Positions 7,349 to 16,854 of a stretch of DNA of 64,000 nt are shown piece by piece. The notes under the pieces were generated by a model, which saw only the letters and a list, made by a program, of their open reading frames with translations, was not told the DNA's origin and did not search any database. Position numbers and translations under genes: made by a program. The stretch spans positions 5,697-69,696 of the forward strand of contig JAJZPO010000003.1 of NCBI GenBank assembly GCA_021811155.1. Direction: 5' to 3'. This stretch comes from Bacillota bacterium (GTDB lineage Bacteria; Bacillota; Desulfitobacteriia; Desulfitobacteriales; JAJXUE01). The number at the start of each line of letters is the position of its first letter. The first letter of the stretch is position 1.

Positions 7349-8238
7349 CTATTCCCAGCCTATTTTCTCCGCTGCTATGGCCAGGTCCTTTTCGCCGGGT
7401 GTAGTATACAGGGCTGTGGGATTAATTGACTTGTGCCCGGCTAGCCTGACCACAACATCCAGCCTCTCCCCGGCAGCTACCAAATCGTGGCAGAATGTGT
7501 GCCTTAGCCTATGAGCTGTCAGGCCTTCAATGCCAGCTTGCCGGCCATACTTTTCTACAACATATTGTATTAACATGGTTACCAAAGGGCCTCTCTGACC
7601 CAGGAACAGGGCCTTGTTTGCAGAGTGGGTATTACTACCCCTTACTGTTAAATGATAAGCAATAGCCTTTCTAACCTCACTGTTTAACGGTACCTCACGG
7701 TATTTCCCACGCTTGCCTTCCCGCACAATCACCTTGCCCCGCCGCTCGGTAATCTGGACGTCTGCCACGGTCAAATCGGCAACCTCTTCAACACGGAGGC
7801 CAGCACCCAGCATGAGTAGAATCATAGCCATGTCTCTAGCCGGTTGTATTTATTCTTCTCCTGCTGTACTGCCCTTTTCAGCCTGTGCTGCTCCGGCCGC
7901 TCTAACCACTTGGGAGCCTGCGGCTGGCGTTCGATCAGCTTTACCCTTTCAGTAGGACTAGACGGAATAAGCTCTTGCCCAACACACCAACGGTAAAAAT
8001 CTTTCAGCACCACCAGGGCCTTGTTTATGGTGGCTGGCTTACGCTACATATCCTGTAGATCCCGGCGGAATTCTTGAATGTCAATCGGCGTAACCTGTAG
8101 TAGGTCTGCTATGCCCTGGTTTTCAGCCCAGGCATTGAATTTATGTAGCTCCCCGTGGTATGTTTTGAGTGTGGCTGCGCTTTTGTCGTCGGCTTTCAGG
8201 AACTCCAAATACCGGTCCAACATAAGGAAACACCGCAC
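7349..8238 (-). pseudogene. tyrosine recombinase / phage integrase, disrupted (in-frame TAG plus frameshift)
   Basis: Three ORF pieces make up the gene. 8044-8238 is the SAM-like N-terminal domain. 7822-8013 is in the same frame but separated by TAG at 8041-8043. 7349-7831 is in a different frame and holds the catalytic domain with GLRVEE, HRLRHTF and LAGHKSINPTALYT (the R, H-x-x-R and H/Y residues). Confidence 0.8.
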
Positions 8239-8416
8239 GATTTAGATTCTGCGACGAGTTTTCCAGGGGATAATCAGCGGTTTTTGCTGCGTTATCCCCC
8301 TTATTTTACCACAATCTCGTTATAGAAGCTAAGTTTCTCTGAAGGGTTAGACACTTCCATAACTAGCTCCAAGAATCAGTTTCATTAGCCATACAGTTGT
8401 TATGATACTGGAGAAC

Positions 8417-8454
8417 GGCCAGTCGTCGCGATGAACTGGCCCGTTTCTTTTTTT
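8417..8454 (+). terminator. orphan rho-independent terminator-like hairpin
   Basis: GGCCAGT (8417-8423) pairs with ACTGGCC (8435-8441), followed by CGTTTCTTTTTTT. No plus-strand ORF lies upstream. Confidence 0.4.
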
Positions 8455-8658
8455 GATCAGGTGATATGGATAAAACAATGCAGGAATTCTCCAATACGTA
8501 CAGAAAATTGTAGAATAGTTATTTTTTTTGCGTTGTAGAGAGGAACGTGTTGGTAATCGTACTATTCCCGCGCGCGAGGTCGTGCGGGTTTGGAAATTTA
8601 AGATTTCAGACGAACCTGCCGACAAGGGTGAATCATCGGATAATCAGGAATAAGGGAA

Positions 8659-10266
8659 GTGGTAAGCGTGGCACAACAATCTAATATAGGGGACGAAATG
8701 AGCCCTTCTGAAAATACTTCCTCTTCGACCGCTATGATTAAGGATTCTTTTTCGGCATGGCTATCCAATGGACACGCCAAGAAGTACTCTCCTGAGGTCT
8801 ATTTGTCTTATATTGATAAAGTTTCTGCATATCTTATTCGCAGAAAGATATCTACAGTTGATTTGTGGCAGCTCACGAACTACGATCTGTTCAAAAGTGT
8901 TTACGATAAAGCGGTTAACGATAAGCTATTTAGAGCAATGGAAAAAAAGACGCACGATACCTTTGTTCAGGTGGGACAGGCTTATTTAAAGTTTTTGAAG
9001 AGTAAACCGGTCATACATAACACTCCTACCATTACCCTTGAGTCACCTATCCAGTCTAGTTCTCAGCTGACAATTAAAGAAGCGATCATACGCGTTTTGG
9101 AGAATGAGCAAACGGGATTAACACCAAAACAAATTTACAACAAAATTATCGAGAACCAACTATATTCTTTCCGCGCGAAGAATCCTAAAGCTATTGTTTG
9201 TAGCGAGATAATCCGTGCGTGTGAGAACTCTAAGTGTACCATTCGCGCACCAAAAAACCATTTCAAATTTGAAATAAACTCAGATGGCAAAAGGGTCTAT
9301 TCACTTTTAACTTCTAATATCGAAACTGAACCGGAATACGCTCCTTATATTGATAGCGACGAAATCGGTCAAACAAATCAAGAGAGCAAAGAGACCGGTT
9401 TTGTTGTGGAGACTGATATCGTTTTAAAATTGCTGGGCGAAAACTATCAAAACGGTTTTAGATTTGATACTACCACTGTACGCCTGCTCGCGGACAAAGC
9501 AGGTATTGATATTAACAACGAAATCCAAAACGCATTAAAAAGCGTAATGTTCCGCCGAAATGATGACTTGTTTTTTCACTCCGACACAGTTGCAGATGTT
9601 GAGATACGAAACAAAATTATTAGGGTATCTGAAAATTGGATTGCGGATTTCAGTTGTTTTGAAATATCTGAACTATATGAGTTATTTAATGATAATTTAA
9701 ATAAAAAGTGCATTAACAGTTTGGAGTGTTTCGAAACTTTTTATGAATTTATTAACAAGCAGGATATCCGTTGTGTAAAAAAATACGGCACACGCATTGC
9801 AAGGATACAGGGGTTAAGCCTTAATGATATATTTGTGACGGTTACCCGAAGAATTATGACACTCGCGCACGAAGAATTTAGCGGTGTCATTAGTGAATAT
9901 GATTTGCGTACACGTTTCCCATCGTTCTCGGTAATATTGCTCGAAAACATTATAAAAGAGCACGCAGAAGAACTGGTAAGAACAGAGATTAATGGCGTCG
10001 TCTGTTATCAAACGCTTGATGCACTCGGGCTTTCGGAAGAATTTGGGACAATGCTTGCCGAAACGCTATCGACATTTGATGAACTTAGATTAATTCCGTC
10101 AGAGGAAGCGTTACATACTGCAATCAGTTTGCGAATGGGAGTAAACTTCAAAGCGGAATATAACATTCCTGATGACAAAACTTACAGGCGACTGATTGCC
10201 GCTTATTATAAAAACGCACCAAGACGTGAATGGAAACGAGGAATATTTGCGGAGGTAGCAGATTGA
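8659..10266 (+). CDS. HARE-HTH domain protein, first gene of the BREX-like operon (535 aa)
   Basis: ORF track (GTG start; alternative ATGs at 8698 and 8734). Residues about 148-225, LTIKEAIIRVLENEQTGLTPKQIYNKIIENQLYSFRAKNPKAIVCSEIIRAC...FKFEINSDGKRVYSL, fit the HARE-HTH winged-helix pattern. The stop abuts the next start (TGAATG). Confidence 0.65.
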   Translation: MVSVAQQSNIGDEMSPSENTSSSTAMIKDSFSAWLSNGHAKKYSPEVYLSYIDKVSAYLIRRKISTVDLWQLTNYDLFKSVYDKAVNDKLFRAMEKKTHDTFVQVGQAYLKFLKSKPVIHNTPTITLESPIQSSSQLTIKEAIIRVLENEQTGLTPKQIYNKIIENQLYSFRAKNPKAIVCSEIIRACENSKCTIRAPKNHFKFEINSDGKRVYSLLTSNIETEPEYAPYIDSDEIGQTNQESKETGFVVETDIVLKLLGENYQNGFRFDTTTVRLLADKAGIDINNEIQNALKSVMFRRNDDLFFHSDTVADVEIRNKIIRVSENWIADFSCFEISELYELFNDNLNKKCINSLECFETFYEFINKQDIRCVKKYGTRIARIQGLSLNDIFVTVTRRIMTLAHEEFSGVISEYDLRTRFPSFSVILLENIIKEHAEELVRTEINGVVCYQTLDALGLSEEFGTMLAETLSTFDELRLIPSEEALHTAISLRMGVNFKAEYNIPDDKTYRRLIAAYYKNAPRREWKRGIFAEVAD

Positions 10267-12642
10267 ATGTACTCATATGAATGGGATAGAAGCACAGGAG
10301 GTTACTTGTTGACCACCACTGCAGGAAAGTTTGTTGCCAACGAAATACGTCCCGTATTTGCGGAAGAATTGAATTTAACGGGTTTAGGCAGACGGTTCTT
10401 TTATGACCGGAATGAAAACCGGCCACTGATGTGGGCGCAAAAAAACATATACCTGTTAAATGGTGAAAAGATAGCCCAGTTGAACAATACACGATATGGC
10501 AGTCCGTTATCTCCGGAATTCTTCTTTGAAGGAAAACTGAAACTTGAACCTGTTAACATTGCGGCAATGGTTTCCGAAAATGCTGCCATTATGGATATAG
10601 TCGTTGCGGACGCGAAACGACGAGTAAAAGAGTTATATGATAATGACATAAAGCGTTGCGACATTGCCTATATAGCGTTTTCCGGAGGCAAAGATTCTGT
10701 TGTCCTCCTTGATTTATGTCACCGCGTATTGCCGCTATCCGTACCCGTTATATTCAGCGATACGGATATGGAATTACCCGATACGTATAAAGTATGGGAG
10801 GAAATCCAAGCCCGATATCCAGAACGGGAGTTTATAGCTGCGAAAGCGGAGAGTTCTGCTCTTGAAAACTGGCGACGCTTTGCTCCACCATCACGAACAA
10901 TAAGATGGTGCTGTTCCGTTCACAAGAGTACGCCTGCGCTTATGCTTCTCAAAGACAAACTGCATAAGCCGGCTATCAAGGTTATGGCGTTTGTAGGAAT
11001 AAGGGGCGACGAGAGTTACAGCCGCTCATTTTACGAGGACGCTACAGATGGCGCAAAAAACGCTTCCCAACTGAACTGTATGCCGATACTGGATTGGGGA
11101 GCGCACGAGTTATGGCTTTATATCCTTGCTAACGATTTAATAATAAACTGTGCATATAAAAAAGGGCTGACTCGTGTCGGGTGTATGATGTGTCCAGAAT
11201 CGTCTGAGAAATATGTGTGGTTTGTAGATAAGGCATATCCTCGCGGACTTAAACCGTACAACGATATTATCATTGAAACGAGTAATAAGAATTTCAGAAC
11301 GGCAGCTGACAAGTCGGAGTATATTGGTAGCCTTAACTGGCAAGCACGAAAAAGCGGTGTCGTATTGAGAGAAACGATTTCTGCCCCGCTCGAAGAGCAT
11401 AATGATTTAATGGTTACGTTTCAAAGCCCTCATTTTACAAAAGATTTATTATATGAATGGATTAAGACACTCGGAACAGTTGTAAGAGAGCGCGGAACAG
11501 AGAGGCAACTTCTAAAACTGCCGAATACGTTAGATGACGGTATACCATTCAGTTATTTAGCCCCATACACTGGAGGGGGGAAAGCAACATTTGAGTTTCG
11601 AGATATAAATGAGCAATTGGTGATGTTACCACTCCTCAAAGCATTTATGAAAAAGGTATCGGCTTGCATTGCCTGCCGTAGTTGTGAAGCCGAATGTCCG
11701 GTTGGGGCAATAACCGTTAAAAACGGAAAATTAAAGATAGATGGTACGAAATGCATCAAATGCCGTAAATGTTATGATACCGATAATTCTTGTTGGAGGT
11801 TTAAGTCTATGTACAAATCGGAAAAAGAACAAAACAAAATGAGCAGTATTAACAAATATAATAATTTCGGATTAAGAGAAAGAGACAATGAATTGTGGAT
11901 TTCATTACTTGTTGAATTAGGCGACAAGTTTTTCCCTTGGCATGAAGGGCATCCATTAGGACATCCGAAGGTGGATGCCGCTAGCGCTTGGTTTAAACAA
12001 GCATTACTTATTAACGAAAGCAGTCGTAAGCCGACAGTGCTTGTTGACTTGTTCAGAAAATGTGGCGCGGAATCCTCCGTAGGCTGGGAGTTCATTTGGC
12101 TCGCTCTTGTTAATAACGCTGCATTGTTAAAATGGTTTGTTACAGCAACAGACATAAACGAATCTTACTCTATTGATAAGTTGTCGCAAACGCTCGAATA
12201 TTCTTATCCTAATCTTGGACAGACAACAATTAAAGGCGGGCTTGCCGCCCTTAGGGATATGCTCACCAAATCTCCACTCGGTGGTGCGGACGCGGTAACA
12301 ATCCTTGAAATGAAAGGCAAAACTGTCAAGAGCATAACTCGGAAGGCAAAAGACGTGAACCCGCTGACGGTTTTGTACGGCTTATATCTTATCGCAGCAA
12401 AAACCGAACGCAGCAGCTTTACAGTTCGTGAACTGCTTACAGCTGACGATGAGTCGGCATATGTTTCGCCGATTGTGGCGTTCGGCATAAGTCCCGATAT
12501 GTTCAAGAAGCAGTGTGAAGGGCTTAAAAGTAAATACCCGGATTATATCGAGACTACGTTCACCTTCGGCCTAGACGAGTTGACCGTATTTCCGAAAAAA
12601 CACACAGCCGAGGGCATAATAACTCTTGCGTTGGGGGAATAG
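10267..12642 (+). CDS. brxP: BrxP-like PAPS reductase/PP-loop ATPase fused to a 2x[4Fe-4S] ferredoxin module and a C-terminal domain of unknown function (791 aa)
   Basis: PP-loop SGGKDS at nt 10681-10698. RTIRWCCSVHK and GIRGDES blocks are typical of PAPS_reduct/DndC-like enzymes. CIACRSCEAECP ... CIKCRKCYDTDNSC at nt 11665-11793. Confidence 0.8.
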   Translation: MYSYEWDRSTGGYLLTTTAGKFVANEIRPVFAEELNLTGLGRRFFYDRNENRPLMWAQKNIYLLNGEKIAQLNNTRYGSPLSPEFFFEGKLKLEPVNIAAMVSENAAIMDIVVADAKRRVKELYDNDIKRCDIAYIAFSGGKDSVVLLDLCHRVLPLSVPVIFSDTDMELPDTYKVWEEIQARYPEREFIAAKAESSALENWRRFAPPSRTIRWCCSVHKSTPALMLLKDKLHKPAIKVMAFVGIRGDESYSRSFYEDATDGAKNASQLNCMPILDWGAHELWLYILANDLIINCAYKKGLTRVGCMMCPESSEKYVWFVDKAYPRGLKPYNDIIIETSNKNFRTAADKSEYIGSLNWQARKSGVVLRETISAPLEEHNDLMVTFQSPHFTKDLLYEWIKTLGTVVRERGTERQLLKLPNTLDDGIPFSYLAPYTGGGKATFEFRDINEQLVMLPLLKAFMKKVSACIACRSCEAECPVGAITVKNGKLKIDGTKCIKCRKCYDTDNSCWRFKSMYKSEKEQNKMSSINKYNNFGLRERDNELWISLLVELGDKFFPWHEGHPLGHPKVDAASAWFKQALLINESSRKPTVLVDLFRKCGAESSVGWEFIWLALVNNAALLKWFVTATDINESYSIDKLSQTLEYSYPNLGQTTIKGGLAALRDMLTKSPLGGADAVTILEMKGKTVKSITRKAKDVNPLTVLYGLYLIAAKTERSSFTVRELLTADDESAYVSPIVAFGISPDMFKKQCEGLKSKYPDYIETTFTFGLDELTVFPKKHTAEGIITLALGE

Positions 12643-12645
12643 AAG

Positions 12646-15600
12646 ATGGAAAAACGTCACTACGCGGATTTTTTCACCGTTCCGCACGATTACAAGGCAA
12701 ATATGACCCGTGAGGCGATTAACGAAACGCCGGAGACATGGCTTGACTTCTATCCTCACACGAAGTATGTTGATTTTCTTACCACACTTATCGGTGTAGT
12801 CGATGGTGGCTCGAAGTCTATATGGCTTACTGGCAATTACGGTACGGGTAAAAGTAACGCAGCCCTTGTTACACAAAAGCTGTTAATGGACGATGAGGAT
12901 CGTGTCCGTCAATGGTTTGACGATTGCAAGGATAAAATTTCGGACTCCGAAACACTCTTGAAAAACCTACTTGCACGCCGCAGTGAAGGTACGCTTGTCG
13001 CATATGACTATAATGCATCAGGCGTGGGACCGAATGAGGACTTTCTTGTGCGGTTGGAGAGAGGGGTTATTGCAGCACTCCACGAAAACGGTATGATTGT
13101 ACCCGCTAAGGCAAACCTTAATGAAATCATTCAGCGTGTTCGTCGTGAAGATACGCATTTCTTTGAAGTTCGTGACTCTATACAAGACGAACTGGCCTAT
13201 TTGAATGCGGACATAAAAACAATTGAACAGCTTGTAGCAGATCTTCAAAAAACGCATCACCAGACGGATACCCCGACCGATTTGCTTGGTGATGTTCAAA
13301 AGGTTCTCCACAAAGATAATATTTTTTTGGACATCAGCGCTCCTACTTTCCGCAAGTGGGTACTTGAAATACTATCGGCAAACAACATTAGCCGCATCGT
13401 CTACATTTTTGACGAATTTTCAGATTTCATTGATGAAAATAAGGCGCACTTGAAGACATTTGAGGACGTTACTGAAAACCCCGGTATAAACAAATTTTAC
13501 CTTGTACCCGTAACTCATCTTAAGATTAAAGCGTATTGGGCTGAAGGTTCAGAAAATGCACAAAAAGCAAACACGCGGTTCTATTTCCGTAACCTGCAAA
13601 TGCCAAACGACACGGCGTTCAAACTTGCCGCTCACGCTATGAAACCGAACCCGGACCCCGCTATCGTGGATGACTGGAAGACAGAGAAGAATAATCTCTG
13701 GGAAGCGGTACGCGGAATCGCCGAGATACACTTCAATTCCAACGACCCGAGCAGTGCGGATTATGTAAGCAAGCAGTCGTTTTATGGCATTTTGCCCATT
13801 CATCCAATGGCGGCGTTTCTTTTGAAATTTCTATCGGAGTCGGTTCTCTCCGATCAGAGAAGTATTTTCGAGTACCTGAAAGGAAGTGCGGACGGGCAGG
13901 AGTTTCAAGACTTCATTCGCGATGGAGGACCGAGCATTGCGAGCAAGCAGTTTTTAACCGCTGACTACCTGTGGAAGTACTTTATTGAGCGCGATGATTT
14001 GGGATTAAGCAAAGAGATTATTGCTATTCGTTCCGAGTTTGAACGGATTAAGAGCCGTGAGTTTCAAAACAAAGACGAGGACGATGAGGACATCCGTGTT
14101 TTAAAAGCGGTGCTGTTGTTCTGCTTGCTTTCACGCCTTTTGACTACCGGAGCACACGATAGGCTAAAACCAACCGTGGAGAATATTAGACTAGTGTTCC
14201 AAGGAGATGGGGCGATTGTCGGCGTAGATAGTATTATTAAAAGCCTTGCCGACAAACATTGCTTCAGTGTGGTTAACGGCAACATCGAACTGTTCGCTAC
14301 ATCTGTCGGAGATGCGGACTTACAAACCGAAAAAGCGAAATACGAAGGCAAGTTTCATGAATTGCTTTCGGATAAAACTGCTGAAATGCTGAAAGCGCAC
14401 AAGAAAAGTGATATCGCTAAGTTTTCCGCTAATCGTTTTGACTTGCGTGTTTCTGATACTGTACATACAACCCTCACAAACATTACTTCAACGGTTCGTG
14501 ACAAGTACAGCAGCGGACAGAACAGGGACAGCGGAGCGGTCTGCCTGTGGTTTGTTGTCGCCAAAAACAAAGACGAGCAATTGCAAGTCCCCGAGAAAAT
14601 CAAAAGTATTCTTATGCAGCTCCGAGACCATCGCATTATGATGTTTGCGTTTCCGAATCTTACCTTTTGTGACACGAATCTTAGCCTTTGGAACGATTAT
14701 ATCGAGCAGTACGCAAAGTACATGCTTGAAAACGATAAAACGGCTAAGGAGCAATGTCAAAAAGCATATGTGCGGTTAGAGCGGGAATGGTTTGATAGAA
14801 TTAAGAGCGTTAATTCGCAAATCAAAGTTTACACAATCGTAAACGCACAGGTTGTCGTTAATGACACGTCTTGGAACAAATTCAAGGACATTATTGGCGA
14901 TTACGTGCGGCGGACGCTTGTCTACTGCGTGGACTATCTGACGGAGCAGACCACTGCTTTCGGTAACAGCGCATTAAAAGCATGGGCAAACGCGGGCATT
15001 CAATTTGAGGCCGCCTCGGGAACATATAAGCAGTTAGTGGAAGCCTTCAAGAAGCAAGGTATAACCGCTGACGCTAACTGGTTCGTACAAAATTCTTCTC
15101 ATCCAATCGCACAGATTCGAGCTTTGTTTGACAAGAAAATGGCAAACACAATAGGCAAGGGAACGAATCTATCTATCCGTAAGGTTTATATCGAATTACA
15201 ACGCGCACCGTTCGGGATGAAGTACAACGCTCTCAGTGCGTTCGTACTCGGCATTGCTCTTCGACATATCATTGATAAAGGTTATCAATGGGATAACGGG
15301 CAAAAGACCGGAGTATTGGATGCGGATGTGCTCTCTGATATTATTGAGTCTGTGGTCAAAGATGATGGTCAAGATAAAATTAAGTTTGAAAAGCAGATTT
15401 GCCGTCTGTCACGTGAAGAAAAAGCGTTTATAGAAAAAGCTCCAAAAATGTTCGGCCTAGCAAACATCATTGCAGATGCCCGCGTGGAAGATGTATTAGG
15501 GCAAATTCAAACTCGTCTTGAAAGTATTTCAGGACATGTTCCTCTGTGGGCATTGCCGGAATATATCTATTCCGTGCACGAACCCATGGCAGATATTATA

Positions 15601-16854
15601 GCCGAGGTGATAAATAATGTTTGCTCGGCATTTACAATTAGTTCAAAGGGAAAGACCGATGATCGCACGAATGCCATAAAAGAAGTTGGGCGACTTATTC
15701 TGGACAATACCGATCTCGTAGACATTTTAGCGGACTACATTAAAACGGAGAATTTTGTAACATCATTCCAAATGCACGTTGACAAAACTGCTCCCGTACT
15801 TATTTCGCTAGCAAAGGAAATCGGCGATGTTTCTCACGGGTATTGCCGATCGATACTTGATAATACCGTGGAAACAGCGGGATGGCTTTGGAAGGAAATC
15901 GATATAAGCAATGAAATTAAAGAGACAGAACAGGAATACGAAATTATTAAACTGTTGAAATCTATTGTGGGGTTTACAACATTTGTACCATACAAGACCG
16001 CTCTCGAAACTTTGAAGAACGCCGTTATAACCACTAACAAACTGCCACAAGCGCTCATAGTAGCCGCTGTTCCGTCATTATCTGTTCTGCTTTCGAGCCT
16101 TGTAAATAACGGAGCGGCAAGCAACATTAAAGAGAGCTTAGAACAGAACGAGGGAGTAGTAAAAGCGTTGTTCTTTGATGTTACCAAGTCAAAGTCTGTC
16201 GATTTACTAAAACAACGTCTGACAGGTGTGACAATACTCAATAGTGACTTATTAAATATTTACAACGGCTTACCGAATAGATTCTTAAGCGATGAGACCA
16301 CATTCTTAAATGATGTCCGCATGAAGATTGAGGACTTTGCAAAACAATCAGTTGCGTTGAAGATTAAAATCGAGTGGGATCGGCTGAGCGGCTCAGAAAC
16401 ACCTTCAGCTTGGGCGATGTCAACTGGGTTACCTGCCCGATTTGCATTGGGTGGCATTAGCGATGTTAACGATATTATTACAGCGGTGGAATCTCCCGAA
16501 AAATTCTCTTCGGATAAGTTAGCTGAGTTGTTGAATATACTGAGCGGACTTTCACCCCTTGGTATTGCTGACTGCCAAGCAAATTTTATTACAGAAACTG
16601 TGCCGCGCCGATTCGCCAAATTTAACATTAGTTTATCTTCATTATTTGGTTACCTCAAGAGTAAGTATGGCACTCAGCCGAACAATTGGCCAACAAGACC
16701 GGACATTTATGAATTTATAAACGTTGAGTATAAGAGTACGTTTGCCCCTCAAGTTACAGAGAAAATTAAAAAAGCCTCTGCGGAAGACCTTAAAAATCGT
16801 CTACTGCAGTTGGCACAGGTGAACCCTGATTTGGGACTTCTGTTTTGGGAGTGA
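12646..16854 (+). CDS. brxC: BrxC/PglY-like large P-loop ATPase (1402 aa)
   Basis: Walker A GNYGTGKS (nt 12832-12855) and Walker B-like VYIFDEFSDF. Its size and its position between brxP and pglZ fit BrxC. Confidence 0.7.
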   Translation: MEKRHYADFFTVPHDYKANMTREAINETPETWLDFYPHTKYVDFLTTLIGVVDGGSKSIWLTGNYGTGKSNAALVTQKLLMDDEDRVRQWFDDCKDKISDSETLLKNLLARRSEGTLVAYDYNASGVGPNEDFLVRLERGVIAALHENGMIVPAKANLNEIIQRVRREDTHFFEVRDSIQDELAYLNADIKTIEQLVADLQKTHHQTDTPTDLLGDVQKVLHKDNIFLDISAPTFRKWVLEILSANNISRIVYIFDEFSDFIDENKAHLKTFEDVTENPGINKFYLVPVTHLKIKAYWAEGSENAQKANTRFYFRNLQMPNDTAFKLAAHAMKPNPDPAIVDDWKTEKNNLWEAVRGIAEIHFNSNDPSSADYVSKQSFYGILPIHPMAAFLLKFLSESVLSDQRSIFEYLKGSADGQEFQDFIRDGGPSIASKQFLTADYLWKYFIERDDLGLSKEIIAIRSEFERIKSREFQNKDEDDEDIRVLKAVLLFCLLSRLLTTGAHDRLKPTVENIRLVFQGDGAIVGVDSIIKSLADKHCFSVVNGNIELFATSVGDADLQTEKAKYEGKFHELLSDKTAEMLKAHKKSDIAKFSANRFDLRVSDTVHTTLTNITSTVRDKYSSGQNRDSGAVCLWFVVAKNKDEQLQVPEKIKSILMQLRDHRIMMFAFPNLTFCDTNLSLWNDYIEQYAKYMLENDKTAKEQCQKAYVRLEREWFDRIKSVNSQIKVYTIVNAQVVVNDTSWNKFKDIIGDYVRRTLVYCVDYLTEQTTAFGNSALKAWANAGIQFEAASGTYKQLVEAFKKQGITADANWFVQNSSHPIAQIRALFDKKMANTIGKGTNLSIRKVYIELQRAPFGMKYNALSAFVLGIALRHIIDKGYQWDNGQKTGVLDADVLSDIIESVVKDDGQDKIKFEKQICRLSREEKAFIEKAPKMFGLANIIADARVEDVLGQIQTRLESISGHVPLWALPEYIYSVHEPMADIIAEVINNVCSAFTISSKGKTDDRTNAIKEVGRLILDNTDLVDILADYIKTENFVTSFQMHVDKTAPVLISLAKEIGDVSHGYCRSILDNTVETAGWLWKEIDISNEIKETEQEYEIIKLLKSIVGFTTFVPYKTALETLKNAVITTNKLPQALIVAAVPSLSVLLSSLVNNGAASNIKESLEQNEGVVKALFFDVTKSKSVDLLKQRLTGVTILNSDLLNIYNGLPNRFLSDETTFLNDVRMKIEDFAKQSVALKIKIEWDRLSGSETPSAWAMSTGLPARFALGGISDVNDIITAVESPEKFSSDKLAELLNILSGLSPLGIADCQANFITETVPRRFAKFNISLSSLFGYLKSKYGTQPNNWPTRPDIYEFINVEYKSTFAPQVTEKIKKASAEDLKNRLLQLAQVNPDLGLLFWE

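Noticed and set aside
8041-8043. In-frame TAG in the integrase gene as a possible pyrrolysine or read-through codon; some Clostridia-type Firmicutes decode UAG as Pyl.
   Set aside because: The same gene also has an independent frameshift near 7825-7850. Integrases are not known Pyl proteins, and no pyl genes are visible in the window. Simple gene decay is the economical explanation.
8347-8780. Minus-strand ORFs 8347-8625 and 8598-8780 upstream of or overlapping the first BREX-like gene.
   Set aside because: They have no RBS and odd composition, they span terminator-like hairpins and the probable operon promoter region, and one overlaps the start of the 535-aa gene in antisense.
11665-11793. 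The double 4Fe-4S motif as a separate small ferredoxin gene.
   Set aside because: It is in frame and continuous with the PAPS-reductase domain upstream and the C-terminal domain downstream, with no internal stop or RBS.
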